DNA of 29,598 bases from a virus (taxonomy: Duplodnaviria > Caudoviricetes). Shown here one piece after another: positions 1 to 8,694 of the stretch (positions within the stretch are counted from its first letter, which is position 1; each line of letters opens with the position of its first letter). Where the stretch lies: positions 1-29,598 of the IMG/VR virus record IMGVR_UViG_3300020045_005943; one strand, written 5' to 3'. The position numbers were made by a program, and so were the translations under genes. The notes below the pieces were generated by a model. It had not been told where the DNA came from, made no database searches, and saw only the letters and a list, made by a program, of their open reading frames with translations.

Positions 1-345
1 GAGGAACAATTTAAAGACGTTACAGTGCCCTTGCTGCTAAAGGTGGACGATCTTCTGCAAAAATTCGGGGTGGATGTGTTGACCATACCAATAATGAACC
101 GGGCGTTATATGAGAGGTTGGGGTATTTTTTCAATCCTATTTATCGCAGTCTTTTTGTAGATCAGGATTTATATCACGTAGTAAATAACATGGGCGCTAT
201 TCGCTTTTGTCCTGAGTTGAAATTTCCCCATGAACATTATTGTAATGGGAAGGCCTCTATGGATCAAACCTACGAGCGCTCCAATAAGAATTGGATTTCG
301 GGCAAACATACATATGCAAGACGTAAAGCGGAGGGGTTTAGATAA
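1..345 (+). CDS. Partial (5'-truncated) glycosyltransferase-like protein, C-terminal part
   Basis: Frame is open from base 1. PIMNRALYERLGYFFNPIYRSLFVDQDL resembles the C-terminal half of GT-A fold (GT2-like) enzymes. Confidence 0.55.
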   Translation, partial: EEQFKDVTVPLLLKVDDLLQKFGVDVLTIPIMNRALYERLGYFFNPIYRSLFVDQDLYHVVNNMGAIRFCPELKFPHEHYCNGKASMDQTYERSNKNWISGKHTYARRKAEGFR

Positions 346-485
346 TGAAGCTATCCATCTTAATCTGCACCCTTGATGCCCGCGTTGAACAGTTCAACAA
401 ACTATTTATTGAACTTGACCGGCAGCGAGATAACCGTAACACCACTTTGGAAATATTGGTAGAAGTTAAATTGATCCTCGCTTAA
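345..485 (+). pseudogene. Truncated GT2-type glycosyltransferase N-terminus (46 aa)
   Basis: ATG overlaps the upstream stop (TAATG). MKLSILICTLDARVEQFNKLFIELDRQ...LEILVEV is a typical GT2 start, but it stops early inside the antisense of the 402-1103 gene. Confidence 0.5.
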
Positions 486-1103
486 ATTGTCTTTCAAAAA
501 CCCATTATCGGGTATTACATAACGGTGCATTTTATTTGTGTGCCCTGTGCCGCCCGCCACCCCTTCACCGTGGCCTTTCATGCCAATGGCTAAAACCTTA
601 TCAGGACTTATTAGCTTCATGTTCATTGGCCATTTCTCGTTATGGCTCCAAAGCCACATATCAACAAACCGCCAATTATCTGCCGGCCAGTTCAATTCAA
701 TGTCTGGCTTTAAACACGTACACATCATTGACGCGCGGCCAGGGTGTAAGTACTTGAAATAGAAGCCCATTGGCAGGTGATAGTAATAGGTATAATCAAT
801 TCCGAATAAATCAGGCTTTCGCGCGGCTTGGTATTGTTCGTACATGTAAAGCAGATAGTCGGGGCTATACCAATCATCGTTTTCCATACAGGCAATCATT
901 TCAATGCCTTGATTTCTTAGTTGATCGTAACCCCATTTATAACGCTTAGTAATGTCATAGCCTGAATTCTCAGGAGGTGCGTGAACATGCGATACTACTA
1001 TTTCACCAAGATGGCGAAAGGTTTGTTCATCCAATTGGGCAAGGATATTGGCCGTCATTTTAGGCCGGTCACCTTTATCTGGAATTATTACACCTATTTT
1101 CAT
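402..1103 (-). CDS. Glycosyltransferase family 2-like protein
   Basis: N-terminal IGVIIP strand and an ENDDWY DxD-like motif; 233 aa. Confidence 0.7.
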   Translation of the reverse strand: MKIGVIIPDKGDRPKMTANILAQLDEQTFRHLGEIVVSHVHAPPENSGYDITKRYKWGYDQLRNQGIEMIACMENDDWYSPDYLLYMYEQYQAARKPDLFGIDYTYYYHLPMGFYFKYLHPGRASMMCTCLKPDIELNWPADNWRFVDMWLWSHNEKWPMNMKLISPDKVLAIGMKGHGEGVAGGTGHTNKMHRYVIPDNGFLKDNLSEDQFNFYQYFQSGVTVISLPVKFNK

Positions 1104-1108
1104 ACGTT

Positions 1109-1138
1109 AAAAAAAGCGACCACCGCCACAGTGGCCGC
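1109..1138 (-). terminator. Putative intrinsic terminator
   Basis: Minus strand reads GCGGCCAC-tgtggcg-GTGGTCGC followed by T7. Confidence 0.55.
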
Positions 1139-1219
1139 CTTTCCCCTTAACCTGTCTAAACTACTATTGGCTTTAATCATGAGTATTAATAAGAACGTTT
1201 GGCTCTAACTTGTTGATAA

Positions 1220-1227
1220 CAAAAGTA
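1220..1227 (-). promoter_or_regulatory. Possible Bacteroidota -7 promoter element
   Basis: TACTTTTG on the minus strand matches TAnnTTTG in an intergenic region; no clear -33 TTTG. Confidence 0.3.
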
Positions 1228-1253
1228 AGTAAAAGTTTCATTTGTTTACGGGC

Positions 1254-2162
1254 TTAGTTAATCCAATCGGGTTTTAACTCAAGTTCTTTCTGTTCTTGTT
1301 TAACCTCCATTGCATTTCCTCCCCCATGTGCGTTCAAATAGTATCGGTTAGTTATTATGTTGAAAAATGCATCTACTTCACCTGGGCGACCGTTCAGTTT
1401 TTGATTCTTCATTTTCCATACTTTTATCTTTACATCGCCTGTATATTTACCGTCTTGCTTGATTGAATGTATTGCGAAAATACAGTCCGACTTATTCCAC
1501 CACATCGACCCTCCAAATAGTTGATATGGGCCAGGTATTTCATGCGCTTGATTTGGATCGCGTGGGGTCTTTGGGTGCTCTATGCAAAAGAAAATTACCC
1601 TTTCCGTATGCGTAAAGTGAACGAACTTATTAAGCGTGTCTTTCAATTGCAAGGCCATGTTTGGATTCTCTTCATCGTTAGTTATAGAGTTGAAGGGGTC
1701 AAGCACAAACACCTTACAACCATATTCATTTTTAAGTTGTTTAAAGTCCTCAATAATGTTTTCCGGTGCTGGACTGTCATCGTATTCAACAAAGTAAATC
1801 CATTCCTGCAACCAATCTAAAGCCCTTATGTATGCTTCCTCTGAACAGCAGTCCGAATAATGACGATCCGTTGAACGTCCTAAAAAGCAATGCGCCATAG
1901 TTGCTATAAATGATTCTACCGGATAAGACTCAGGCGAATAAAAGCCAATTTTTCGCTTTGAAATTATGGCCTGCAGGATTGCTAATTGCATAACGAACTC
2001 AGACTTACCGCTACCTGGCCAGCCGGTTACCGTGTAAAAATAGCCCGGCCTGATCTTCAAATGAGGGTCAAGGAATGTAAGCCCGGACGGCTCCCCGACC
2101 TGAGACCCCTTCTGAAATTGATCTAACACCGATTCCCGGTAGTCGTTTATCCGCTTAATCAT
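1254..2162 (-). CDS. DnaB/SF4-like replicative helicase
   Basis: Walker A GWPGSGKS, Walker B VFVLDP, EHP and C-terminal KMKN motifs; lies downstream of the initiator. Confidence 0.85.
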   Translation of the reverse strand: MIKRINDYRESVLDQFQKGSQVGEPSGLTFLDPHLKIRPGYFYTVTGWPGSGKSEFVMQLAILQAIISKRKIGFYSPESYPVESFIATMAHCFLGRSTDRHYSDCCSEEAYIRALDWLQEWIYFVEYDDSPAPENIIEDFKQLKNEYGCKVFVLDPFNSITNDEENPNMALQLKDTLNKFVHFTHTERVIFFCIEHPKTPRDPNQAHEIPGPYQLFGGSMWWNKSDCIFAIHSIKQDGKYTGDVKIKVWKMKNQKLNGRPGEVDAFFNIITNRYYLNAHGGGNAMEVKQEQKELELKPDWIN

Positions 2163-2496
2163 CGAATTTGAAATTATGGTTATCCCGTATGTAGTCGGCC
2201 ATAACCTGATCGACCCTACTCATTTGCTCATATTTTGCCCGGTTGCCAATTTCCAACGCTTGCTCTCTAATTCGCATTAGGCGCAATGATTTTACTAAGG
2301 GGTCTTTCCATAGGGCTATTGTCTCAACTGCTTTCCTGGTGGCTTGTAGGGGCATTGTCGTACGTCCTAGCTCTTTCATTGCCCGTTCCGTGGGTATGTC
2401 GGAAAGAATTCTCATAACATCTTCAAACGGATCAACCGAGGGAACCAGGGGCGCTGGTTCCGATGGTGTCAAGTTCAGGTTGTTTTCTGTTTGCAT
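2155..2496 (-). CDS. Hypothetical protein in the replication module
   Basis: 113-aa ORF overlapping both neighbours in operon fashion. Confidence 0.6.
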   Translation of the reverse strand: MQTENNLNLTPSEPAPLVPSVDPFEDVMRILSDIPTERAMKELGRTTMPLQATRKAVETIALWKDPLVKSLRLMRIREQALEIGNRAKYEQMSRVDQVMADYIRDNHNFKFDD

Positions 2497-3226
2497 CTTT
2501 TAAGGTTTTTGCGATACGTTCCGCCTTCCGTTCAGGGTCAGCATCTTTCATTTTTTCTATCCAATCCGCTTCCATGAATGACATTGTAAGCGTTTCTATC
2601 TTGGTTGGAAATACCAGCCGGTTCATTTCGTAGTGGGTTTTCATGGCCTTTAATTGGGTGATTATGTTCTGATGCCCGGCATCAATCCATTGTTTGACCA
2701 TGAAAAAAACATCCATTGTGTTTGGGTTCGTCCTTTTTAAGAGGGTATTTATTTCTGAGGCTAAAGCGTGTATTTCTGCTTGAATTTCTTTTTTAAGGTT
2801 ATCTGGTTTATGGTTTATGGTTAATGGTTTATCTATACTACTATTGCTTTCCCCTATGGTTTGGGATTGCTTTCCCGCATGGGCAAGGATTGCTTTCCCT
2901 AATGCTTTCCCGTTTTTCGGAAAAGCATTTATGAGGCTAATTATGTTAGATGAGTATTGATTCTTTGATTTTTCAACTAAAACAAAGAAACCCCATTCAA
3001 CCAAATCATTGAAGTATCTGATGTATGTTTCGTGTTTTTTTATGCCTATTGCATCCATAACCATCTGAGTTGGGAAACCAAATTTTGTCTTCCATCCTAA
3101 CCTGTTGCAGTGTTCAATAGCAAAAAAATAAATAGCTGAATGATTAGGGCTAATTAATTCTGGATTCTCAAATGAGAAATCAAACCATCCCCTACTTAAT
3201 TCGTATCCGTTTAATTTATCGTTCAT
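2432..3226 (-). CDS. Phage replication initiator / replisome organiser
   Basis: N-terminal winged-helix-like region (GYELSRGWFDF...HSAIYFFAIEHCNRLGW), repetitive linker containing iterons, upstream of the helicase. ATG at 3226 preferred. Confidence 0.7.
   Translation of the reverse strand: MNDKLNGYELSRGWFDFSFENPELISPNHSAIYFFAIEHCNRLGWKTKFGFPTQMVMDAIGIKKHETYIRYFNDLVEWGFFVLVEKSKNQYSSNIISLINAFPKNGKALGKAILAHAGKQSQTIGESNSSIDKPLTINHKPDNLKKEIQAEIHALASEINTLLKRTNPNTMDVFFMVKQWIDAGHQNIITQLKAMKTHYEMNRLVFPTKIETLTMSFMEADWIEKMKDADPERKAERIAKTLKDANRKQPELDTIGTSAPGSLG
2804..2911. repeat. Iteron-like repeats, putative replication origin
   Basis: TGCTTTCCC at 2845, 2868, 2891 and 2903, plus four tandem TGGTT(T/A)A units at 2804-2831, all inside the initiator gene. 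Confidence 0.65.
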
Positions 3227-3276
3227 AAAAAAAGGCAACCACCATCAACGCAAGTGCTAATCACAAATCAAAACCA

Positions 3277-3438
3277 TCACTCCACAATTTGGATAATAAC
3301 CCACCCAAAAAAGGCCACAATGGCCACGGCTGCCACGAAGGCCATGCCAAGCAATTGCAAGACCTGGTTAATTACACAGTGCTTTGAGTGGCAATAAACG
3401 CACCGGTGGAGGTGGCGGAGGTAGGGGCGTAGGGTCAT
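3277..3438 (-). CDS. Small membrane protein (53 aa)
   Basis: MTLRPYLRHLHRCVYCH... with a hydrophobic C-terminal helix; start overlaps the upstream stop. Not in the ORF track. Confidence 0.4.
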   Translation of the reverse strand: MTLRPYLRHLHRCVYCHSKHCVINQVLQLLGMAFVAAVAIVAFFGWVIIQIVE

Positions 3439-3584
3439 TAGTTCAGGAAATAGTTATCGTTTTCATCGTTCGGGTCTTTGGGCGGTTCGTTCTTGGCATC
3501 GTCCGCAGCTTGGGCCATTCGGTAACCGGCTGCAAAGGCCAAGCCCATGAGCGTAATAAGGGCAATGATTGAGGGGGTGTTCAT
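3438..3584 (-). CDS. Small membrane protein (48 aa)
   Basis: MNTPSIIALITLMGLAFAAGY... N-terminal hydrophobic helix and acidic tail. Not in the ORF track. Confidence 0.45.
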   Translation of the reverse strand: MNTPSIIALITLMGLAFAAGYRMAQAADDAKNEPPKDPNDENDNYFLN

Positions 3585-3596
3585 ATTGTTTTGGGT

Positions 3597-3818
3597 TTAT
3601 AAATCAAAGTCGTTAAACTTCACGCGGGGCTGTTTGCCGGGGGTTTTGAGGCATCCAACGCAATCAACCCACGCTTTCCTGGTTCGGCTCCACTTCTTTA
3701 TTTTGCCGTCACAACAGGGGCACGGCACAAAGGCCGTCACAACTTCCTTATGGTGTTTCTTTGGGTAAAACAAAACGCTGTCCGTTTTGCGCCTTATGTG
3801 TATGTATGGCCTACTCAT
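3597..3818 (-). CDS. Small Cys-rich (zinc-finger-like) protein
   Basis: CPCCDG...CVGC pairs; ATGA overlap with the upstream gene. Confidence 0.55.
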   Translation of the reverse strand: MSRPYIHIRRKTDSVLFYPKKHHKEVVTAFVPCPCCDGKIKKWSRTRKAWVDCVGCLKTPGKQPRVKFNDFDL

Positions 3819-4159
3819 TTTTCAGTAATTTCAAAGTAATAATGACCTCCCGTTCTCCACATTACATGTCTCATGTTAAAGTGAGTAAGCCAGAAATTTG
3901 ACTTTATGGCCGCAATTACTTCTTCGTTACCACTCCATCCACCCGTATGTAACTCAAGCCTTCGAACGCCTTTGTATTGTCTATGAAGTTTAAAACCCCA
4001 ATCAGGCATCCACCACCCATCCACCAATACCATTTCAACAAATCGCAAAACCGGTAAACTTTCGTCAGGGACATAGTTTTTAATAAACTCTAACCACTCT
4101 GCCGTTGGATAACCGTCATCATTAAGGAGCGCGGAAGGTAACATTGTAAATGCACTCAT
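3815..4159 (-). CDS. Hypothetical protein
   Basis: LELHTGGWSGNEE...GGHYYF. ATG at 4159 overlaps the upstream stop and is preferred to 4249. Confidence 0.65.
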   Translation of the reverse strand: MSAFTMLPSALLNDDGYPTAEWLEFIKNYVPDESLPVLRFVEMVLVDGWWMPDWGFKLHRQYKGVRRLELHTGGWSGNEEVIAAIKSNFWLTHFNMRHVMWRTGGHYYFEITEK

Positions 4160-4362
4160 ACGCCCCGCTTCATTTGTGACAGGTGGAGGCCGTCCATTTT
4201 CCGGGACTTGGCCACTATCGCCCGCTGTTCGTCCATGCGCTGGAGCCATTCGGGGGAGCTAATAGGTTTTTCGAGATGGCCGAATAAATCCTCGTACATT
4301 TCATGCCTGAGGTATGGGTGCTTATGGCATTCACCCGAGGTGCCTTGTCCTGATTTTCTCAT
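4156..4362 (-). CDS. Hypothetical protein
   Basis: ATGA-coupled to both neighbours. Confidence 0.5.
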   Translation of the reverse strand: MRKSGQGTSGECHKHPYLRHEMYEDLFGHLEKPISSPEWLQRMDEQRAIVAKSRKMDGLHLSQMKRGV

Positions 4363-4574
4363 GAGTACCAATTATTAGATTTAAAGACTTTTAATCCCCT
4401 CAAATGTTTTTCGGGGTAATCCATAGGGTAAGTAATAATAACGCCCCTATTGGCTTTTAAATCAATCGTGGAGCCCATCAGGCGGCCGCGAATGTCCCGG
4501 ACTACCTTTCGGGGGGTAACGGCCTCGAACTTGACCCCGTTCGGGTGGGTTACGGATGAACTGATTTCCATCAC
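4359..4574 (-). CDS. Hypothetical protein
   Basis: 71-aa ORF coupled to its neighbours. Confidence 0.55.
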   Translation of the reverse strand: MMEISSSVTHPNGVKFEAVTPRKVVRDIRGRLMGSTIDLKANRGVIITYPMDYPEKHLRGLKVFKSNNWYS

Positions 4575-4894
4575 GCGAATATTTGAGGCCTCACTAACCG
4601 GGCGTTAACATTCTTTTTCAACCGCGTGCGCCTGGCTTGCAGTTTCTTTATGTACGTGGTCAGGAACGCATCGGCCTTTCGCCATTGGCTCCATGACTTG
4701 ACAATCGAATAGCCTTGTAAGCTGGATTGGATTGGCTCGCCCTGTTGGATCAGGTCGGTAATGTGTTGGCGCAAATCACGTTCTGAACAGTGCGCGGTTT
4801 TATTCACCTCCATTAGCAGGTCAACCCGGCCAATGGTGCGGTGTTTTTTCAGGATTGATAGGATTAGTTTTTTCATTTCTTTTTCATTTGTCAA
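4571..4894 (-). CDS. Winged-helix DNA-binding protein
   Basis: ILSILKKH...IGRVDLL...SERDLRQHITDLIQQGEPIQSSLQGY fits a wHTH pattern. Confidence 0.6.
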   Translation of the reverse strand: MTNEKEMKKLILSILKKHRTIGRVDLLMEVNKTAHCSERDLRQHITDLIQQGEPIQSSLQGYSIVKSWSQWRKADAFLTTYIKKLQARRTRLKKNVNARLVRPQIFA

Positions 4895-5258
4895 GGTTTA
4901 AATATTGTTCAATCATGCTTTTTGCCTCTTCAAAGCCGGTAGCAAATTCCGAGTAATACCCCTTTTGCGTAAGCCGTGTTAGTGTTTCGTCCTGCTCTTT
5001 CAGGTGGTCATCTTTTTTTAGGCTGCCATCCTTCCGGTAAGGGCTGACTACTTTTAGTTCCATCAATAGGCCGTGAAAATCTCCACGGGGTTCAAAGATG
5101 ATTAAGTCGGGCAGGCCATTACCACTGCGTAGAGTCTTTGCCTTCTTTGCCTGGCCAATCGTTAACCGCTGGCCGCTGGCCTCGCTGGTGAAGATGATGT
5201 CCGGGTGTTGGACGCGTAACCACTGGCATATCTGTGAATGTAAATGGGCTTCGCTCAT
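4884..5258 (-). CDS. VRR-NUC family PD-(D/E)xK nuclease (resolvase-like)
   Basis: MSEAHLH...GLPDLII...MELKV...EQ motifs. Confidence 0.8.
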   Translation of the reverse strand: MSEAHLHSQICQWLRVQHPDIIFTSEASGQRLTIGQAKKAKTLRSGNGLPDLIIFEPRGDFHGLLMELKVVSPYRKDGSLKKDDHLKEQDETLTRLTQKGYYSEFATGFEEAKSMIEQYLNLDK

Positions 5259-6016
5259 TTCTTAATCGTTAGTGTCGGCTTTTGCCCGTTGATTATCGAA
5301 AGTAAATAAAGTTTCTCTTTGATGGCCGCCTCTAACTTTATGATAATCCGGTCTATGTCCTCTGCAATTGGCTTAATTGGAATGTAAACCATCTTATTCT
5401 TATCCTCTTTCATCCGGTGGTCGTATGTAACGAAATGGCAAAGGGGTGAATCCAGGAAAAGAATATTGCTCATGCACTGCCAATAGTATTCCGGGTATTC
5501 GCGTTTCAAATCCCATTGATCGGTTAACATTAGATAATCAATTTGATTGGCTGAATTGTACGGGCATTTAATCTCCAAAATTTCTTTAGTGCCTGCTATT
5601 AACCGGTCAGGGCTTCCGCCTGCATGGTCACCAAAAGGAACGAAGGCCACTATCTCAAAATCTAATCCTGTTTTTTCTGTGAAGTATTCAGCCGCTATCG
5701 GTTCAAAGTCGTCACCCCAACGGGTGGGGGCGCTGTTCACTTCCTCCGCTGTGTGGCCAGTTAAAGTCTCCGCTACCTTTGATCGAATGTAGGTGGTGGT
5801 TGCTTTTGATAAGATAGTCGGGTCTTCGATGAATTTGGCCGAGCTTCCCTTACCTGTTTTAGGCCTTGCTTTTAGTTCGACCTCGGTCATGGGCCGCGTT
5901 CCTGAACTCATTAGTAGGTGCATTTGGGAGGACGTAAATCGCCCGGCCCGTATGTCAAGCCATATCTGTGAGCCTTGCTCACCTTGTTGGGCTAACTCTA
6001 ATTCGAAGGCATCCAT
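5255..6016 (-). CDS. YqaJ / lambda-exonuclease family protein
   Basis: W..R.GRFTSS, WGDDFEP, GGSPD, LEIKCP and YYWQC motifs. ATG at 6016 preferred. Confidence 0.88.
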   Translation of the reverse strand: MDAFELELAQQGEQGSQIWLDIRAGRFTSSQMHLLMSSGTRPMTEVELKARPKTGKGSSAKFIEDPTILSKATTTYIRSKVAETLTGHTAEEVNSAPTRWGDDFEPIAAEYFTEKTGLDFEIVAFVPFGDHAGGSPDRLIAGTKEILEIKCPYNSANQIDYLMLTDQWDLKREYPEYYWQCMSNILFLDSPLCHFVTYDHRMKEDKNKMVYIPIKPIAEDIDRIIIKLEAAIKEKLYLLSIINGQKPTLTIKK

Positions 6017-6020
6017 AATC

Positions 6021-6203
6021 CTAATGATTATCAGCGAATCCACCCTCCCACGCGCCAGGCTCATTCATTGCCCGTTCGCCTGCATCTTCATCGGCATTAT
6101 CTTTTAGCCGTTGCACAACCTTTTGCAACTCTTCCCAACCCCCGTAATAGTGGGTAATCTCTTTTAAATCGGCCTCTATCTCGTTTTCGATGTCGTTTTT
6201 CAT
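6021..6203 (-). CDS. Hypothetical protein
   Basis: 60-aa acidic ORF between the annealase and exonuclease genes. Confidence 0.55.
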   Translation of the reverse strand: MKNDIENEIEADLKEITHYYGGWEELQKVVQRLKDNADEDAGERAMNEPGAWEGGFADNH

Positions 6204-6862
6204 TGGATTTGTTTTTGTTTGGCTCCGTATAACATGGCTTTCTGATCTTCGGTTAAAATGAAATTGGACTCCGCTAATGGGATGGTTTCCAATTGCCCGT
6301 TTTCAACCCTCTCAATGGCCGCCAATAGCGCCTTGTCTGAAATGGGCTTTAAAGGCGGTTTAAAGACATCTTTATTTTTCCGGTTAATATCCCTGCCAAA
6401 AACCTTTCCGAGCGATTGGGCGGCATTCTTGACGCATTCAGCCTTTAATTTCGGGAAAGCTAAATCTAAGGCGTTGGGCTTCTTGTTTTCCGGGTTCAAA
6501 GCAAACAGATTTCTATCCTGTTTTGACATCCGGTTTTTGTCCTCCTCGCTCAGGGAGTCAACCATGATAATGATTGACCCGGCACCCGTGCGCCTTATTG
6601 GCGTTCTCGTCACCGGGTGCAGCACTACCAAATCAATTGATCCCTGAACCTCGTTAGTAATGGCCGACCATTTAAAATTTTCAGTTGACCATAAGCCCAA
6701 AAACAATTCATCGAGGGTCATTTCAACGAATGAAATTGGGAGGTAACTAGCCCGACCATCGGGGGTTTTATCGAACTCACGCGGGTCCGGTTCCTTGTTT
6801 AGCTTGGTTTGAAAGTCTTGTAGTAAGAGTTTCAACTTTTCATCATGCCCGAAATCTTCCAT
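6200..6862 (-). CDS. Rad52/Sak-like single-strand annealing protein
   Basis: SYLPISFVE..LDELFLG.W and KAECVKNAAQSLGKVFGRDIN motifs; paired with the YqaJ exonuclease. Confidence 0.7.
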   Translation of the reverse strand: MEDFGHDEKLKLLLQDFQTKLNKEPDPREFDKTPDGRASYLPISFVEMTLDELFLGLWSTENFKWSAITNEVQGSIDLVVLHPVTRTPIRRTGAGSIIIMVDSLSEEDKNRMSKQDRNLFALNPENKKPNALDLAFPKLKAECVKNAAQSLGKVFGRDINRKNKDVFKPPLKPISDKALLAAIERVENGQLETIPLAESNFILTEDQKAMLYGAKQKQIQ

Positions 6863-6910
6863 AGTTTTTAAGTTTTAGCGTCCAGTCTTTAATTTGGCGT
6901 TTCTTGGTGG

Positions 6911-7072
6911 TCATATCAAGATACGCCAAACGTTTTTAAATCCGTTAAAAATTGGCTTTAATTGCCCGTCATATTTACCGGCAAATATGGCCGCCTCGCT
7001 GAACTTATCAGCCGTATAAGTCCTAACGATAACCCCGTGAGGTAAGTAGCTGGTGCAAGTGTGAACGATCAT
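6911..7072 (-). CDS. Small hypothetical protein (53 aa)
   Basis: MIVHTCTSYLPHG...; ATGA overlap with 7069-7317. Confidence 0.4.
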   Translation of the reverse strand: MIVHTCTSYLPHGVIVRTYTADKFSEAAIFAGKYDGQLKPIFNGFKNVWRILI

Positions 7073-7317
7073 AACCGTATATCAATGTTTTCAGACACGC
7101 CCAACTCATTGAAGTAAAAATAAATATCATCCTTCAACGATGAAAAGTCCGTAGCCTTGCGCCCGCGTAGGTTAAGCCCTGACCGGTCGAGGATGTTATT
7201 GACCAGTGTAACATCAATTGTAACTAGCGTTTCGCGGTCAGCTAAATAAGCGATAACCTCATGGGTGTCAATCGTTTGCTTTTCGTAAGCGTAGGGGGGT
7301 GATGTCCAGTTGTTCAT
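7069..7317 (-). CDS. Hypothetical protein, first gene of the leftward operon
   Basis: 82-aa ORF next to an AT-rich divergent intergenic region. Confidence 0.55.
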   Translation of the reverse strand: MNNWTSPPYAYEKQTIDTHEVIAYLADRETLVTIDVTLVNNILDRSGLNLRGRKATDFSSLKDDIYFYFNELGVSENIDIRL

Positions 7318-7436
7318 TTTGTGGCGTTGTTTAAGTATTTGTCAGAAAGGCGTTGTTTTGTTGACGGGTCAAAATAGCAACGAAGTTTTTTTAATTCCTA
7401 TTTTTTTCTAAATTATTTTATATCTATTTTTACACC
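7318..7436. promoter_or_regulatory. Divergent promoter region
   Basis: AT-rich spacer where gene orientation switches from minus to plus; exact promoter boxes are uncertain. Confidence 0.5.
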
Positions 7437-7622
7437 ATGAAAACAGCACTACCGGAAACACGCGGCAGGAAAGCCCGTAAATCTTTCAGTATTAAACCAG
7501 GTGAATTGAAAAAATTTCCTATTAAAGACGGCCCCGGCCTTCGCTACCGGGCGCGTGCGGCTAAGTGGGTAATATCAACCAGGACAATTAACGGGCAACT
7601 TTTAGTTTTTAGGGAGTCATGA
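7437..7622 (+). CDS. Small basic, probably DNA-binding protein
   Basis: 61 aa, Arg/Lys-rich, first gene of the rightward unit. Confidence 0.55.
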   Translation: MKTALPETRGRKARKSFSIKPGELKKFPIKDGPGLRYRARAAKWVISTRTINGQLLVFRES

Positions 7623-7708
7623 GGAACACTGCACTAAAACAAAGCCTGAAAGTTTAGGGATTGGCGCCTCACCTGAACAGGAGCAAGATTATTCTACTCA
7701 TTACAATT

Positions 7709-8095
7709 ATGACAATCGAAGACTTAGTAAAAGAACAAATTGAACAACTTGACATAAGAGAGTTAGTTCAAGGTGAAATCAGGAAACTAATTTCTGATGA
7801 GGTGCAACGCGAAATCGTTAAAACCACAAAAGAGGAAATTCAACGAGTGATTAAAAATGAAGTTGAAATTGCTCTATCAAAAGGCGTTAACACCGATGAC
7901 GGATGGGGGAAACGGGAAAGTTATACTTCATTTGAAGAGATGTTCAAAAAGTTTTTCAAGGAGGCTCTTAACAACCAATACGAGGTTAAGAAGACTATTG
8001 AAAACCACGTTAAGGACACAACGAAAAAACTTGTTGACGAAAAAACAAAAGACATCGTTGAAGCCCTCAAAAAATCTCTTGGCGCGGGTGGCTGA
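7709..8095 (+). CDS. Hypothetical helical protein (array remnant)
   Basis: ATG at 7709. The gene ends in GCGCGGGTGGCTGA followed by an orphan AT-rich right arm. Confidence 0.7.
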   Translation: MTIEDLVKEQIEQLDIRELVQGEIRKLISDEVQREIVKTTKEEIQRVIKNEVEIALSKGVNTDDGWGKRESYTSFEEMFKKFFKEALNNQYEVKKTIENHVKDTTKKLVDEKTKDIVEALKKSLGAGG

Positions 8096-8163
8096 TTTTA
8101 AATTAAAAATTTGCACGGTGAACAGTTGAAGCAGCTACTCAAAACCTCACTACGAAGCACTAA

Positions 8164-8675
8164 AGGCTTTTTTATTTTTTAGCGTGGATTTGGAAATGTG
8201 AATTATTATGTGGATCTTTGTTACACAAAACATTAAATAATACACTTATGAAAGTAGCTTATGAATGGTGTTACGAGGTAACCGATGAACATGGGGATAT
8301 TATTGATAGCAACTTTGCTGATAAATTATCCGACTTTTCAAAAAATGAAGATGGCGAACTATTACTTGTTAGAAATGAGGGCGATGAAATTAATGGAGTT
8401 GAGGACAGGCAATGGGCTTACGTGAAGGATGGTAAATTACCCTTTAAGTTTTCAGATGCCAGAAACGTTGAGATTGATATTGATGTTCCGAAACGATTCT
8501 TTAAAGAACTTGAAAACTACCTGAAATGAAAATACACCAAACATTCAGGCTTGATTCTGATTTAATTGAAGTAGCCAAAAGTTACGCTGAAAAAGAAAAC
8601 CGTACTATTTCCAATGTTTATGAAACTGCTGTTATTGAGTATTTAAAAGCGCGTGGGCAAAAAATAAAAAAGCCT
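8164..8675. repeat. Inner inverted repeat pair 1 (17 bp, perfect)
   Basis: AGGCTTTTTTATTTTTT 8164-8180 / AAAAAATAAAAAAGCCT 8659-8675. Confidence 0.9.
8248..8529 (+). CDS. Hypothetical acidic protein
   Basis: MKVAYEWCYE...; ATG at 8248 follows an A-rich leader. Confidence 0.7.
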   Translation: MKVAYEWCYEVTDEHGDIIDSNFADKLSDFSKNEDGELLLVRNEGDEINGVEDRQWAYVKDGKLPFKFSDARNVEIDIDVPKRFFKELENYLK

Positions 8676-8690
8676 CTCACCAAACGTTAA
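8526..8690 (+). CDS. Ribbon-helix-helix (CopG/Arc-like) protein, 54 aa
   Basis: MKIHQTFRLDSDLIEVAKSYAEKENRTISNVYETAVIEYL fits the RHH pattern; ATGA overlap. Not in the ORF track. Confidence 0.7.
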   Translation: MKIHQTFRLDSDLIEVAKSYAEKENRTISNVYETAVIEYLKARGQKIKKPLTKR

Positions 8691-8694
8691 TATG

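Noticed and set aside
536-6647. Plus-strand ORFs within the left minus-strand operon (for example 1521-1820, 5547-5792, 6258-6647)
   Set aside because: They are antisense shadows of well-supported genes and show no recognisable motifs.
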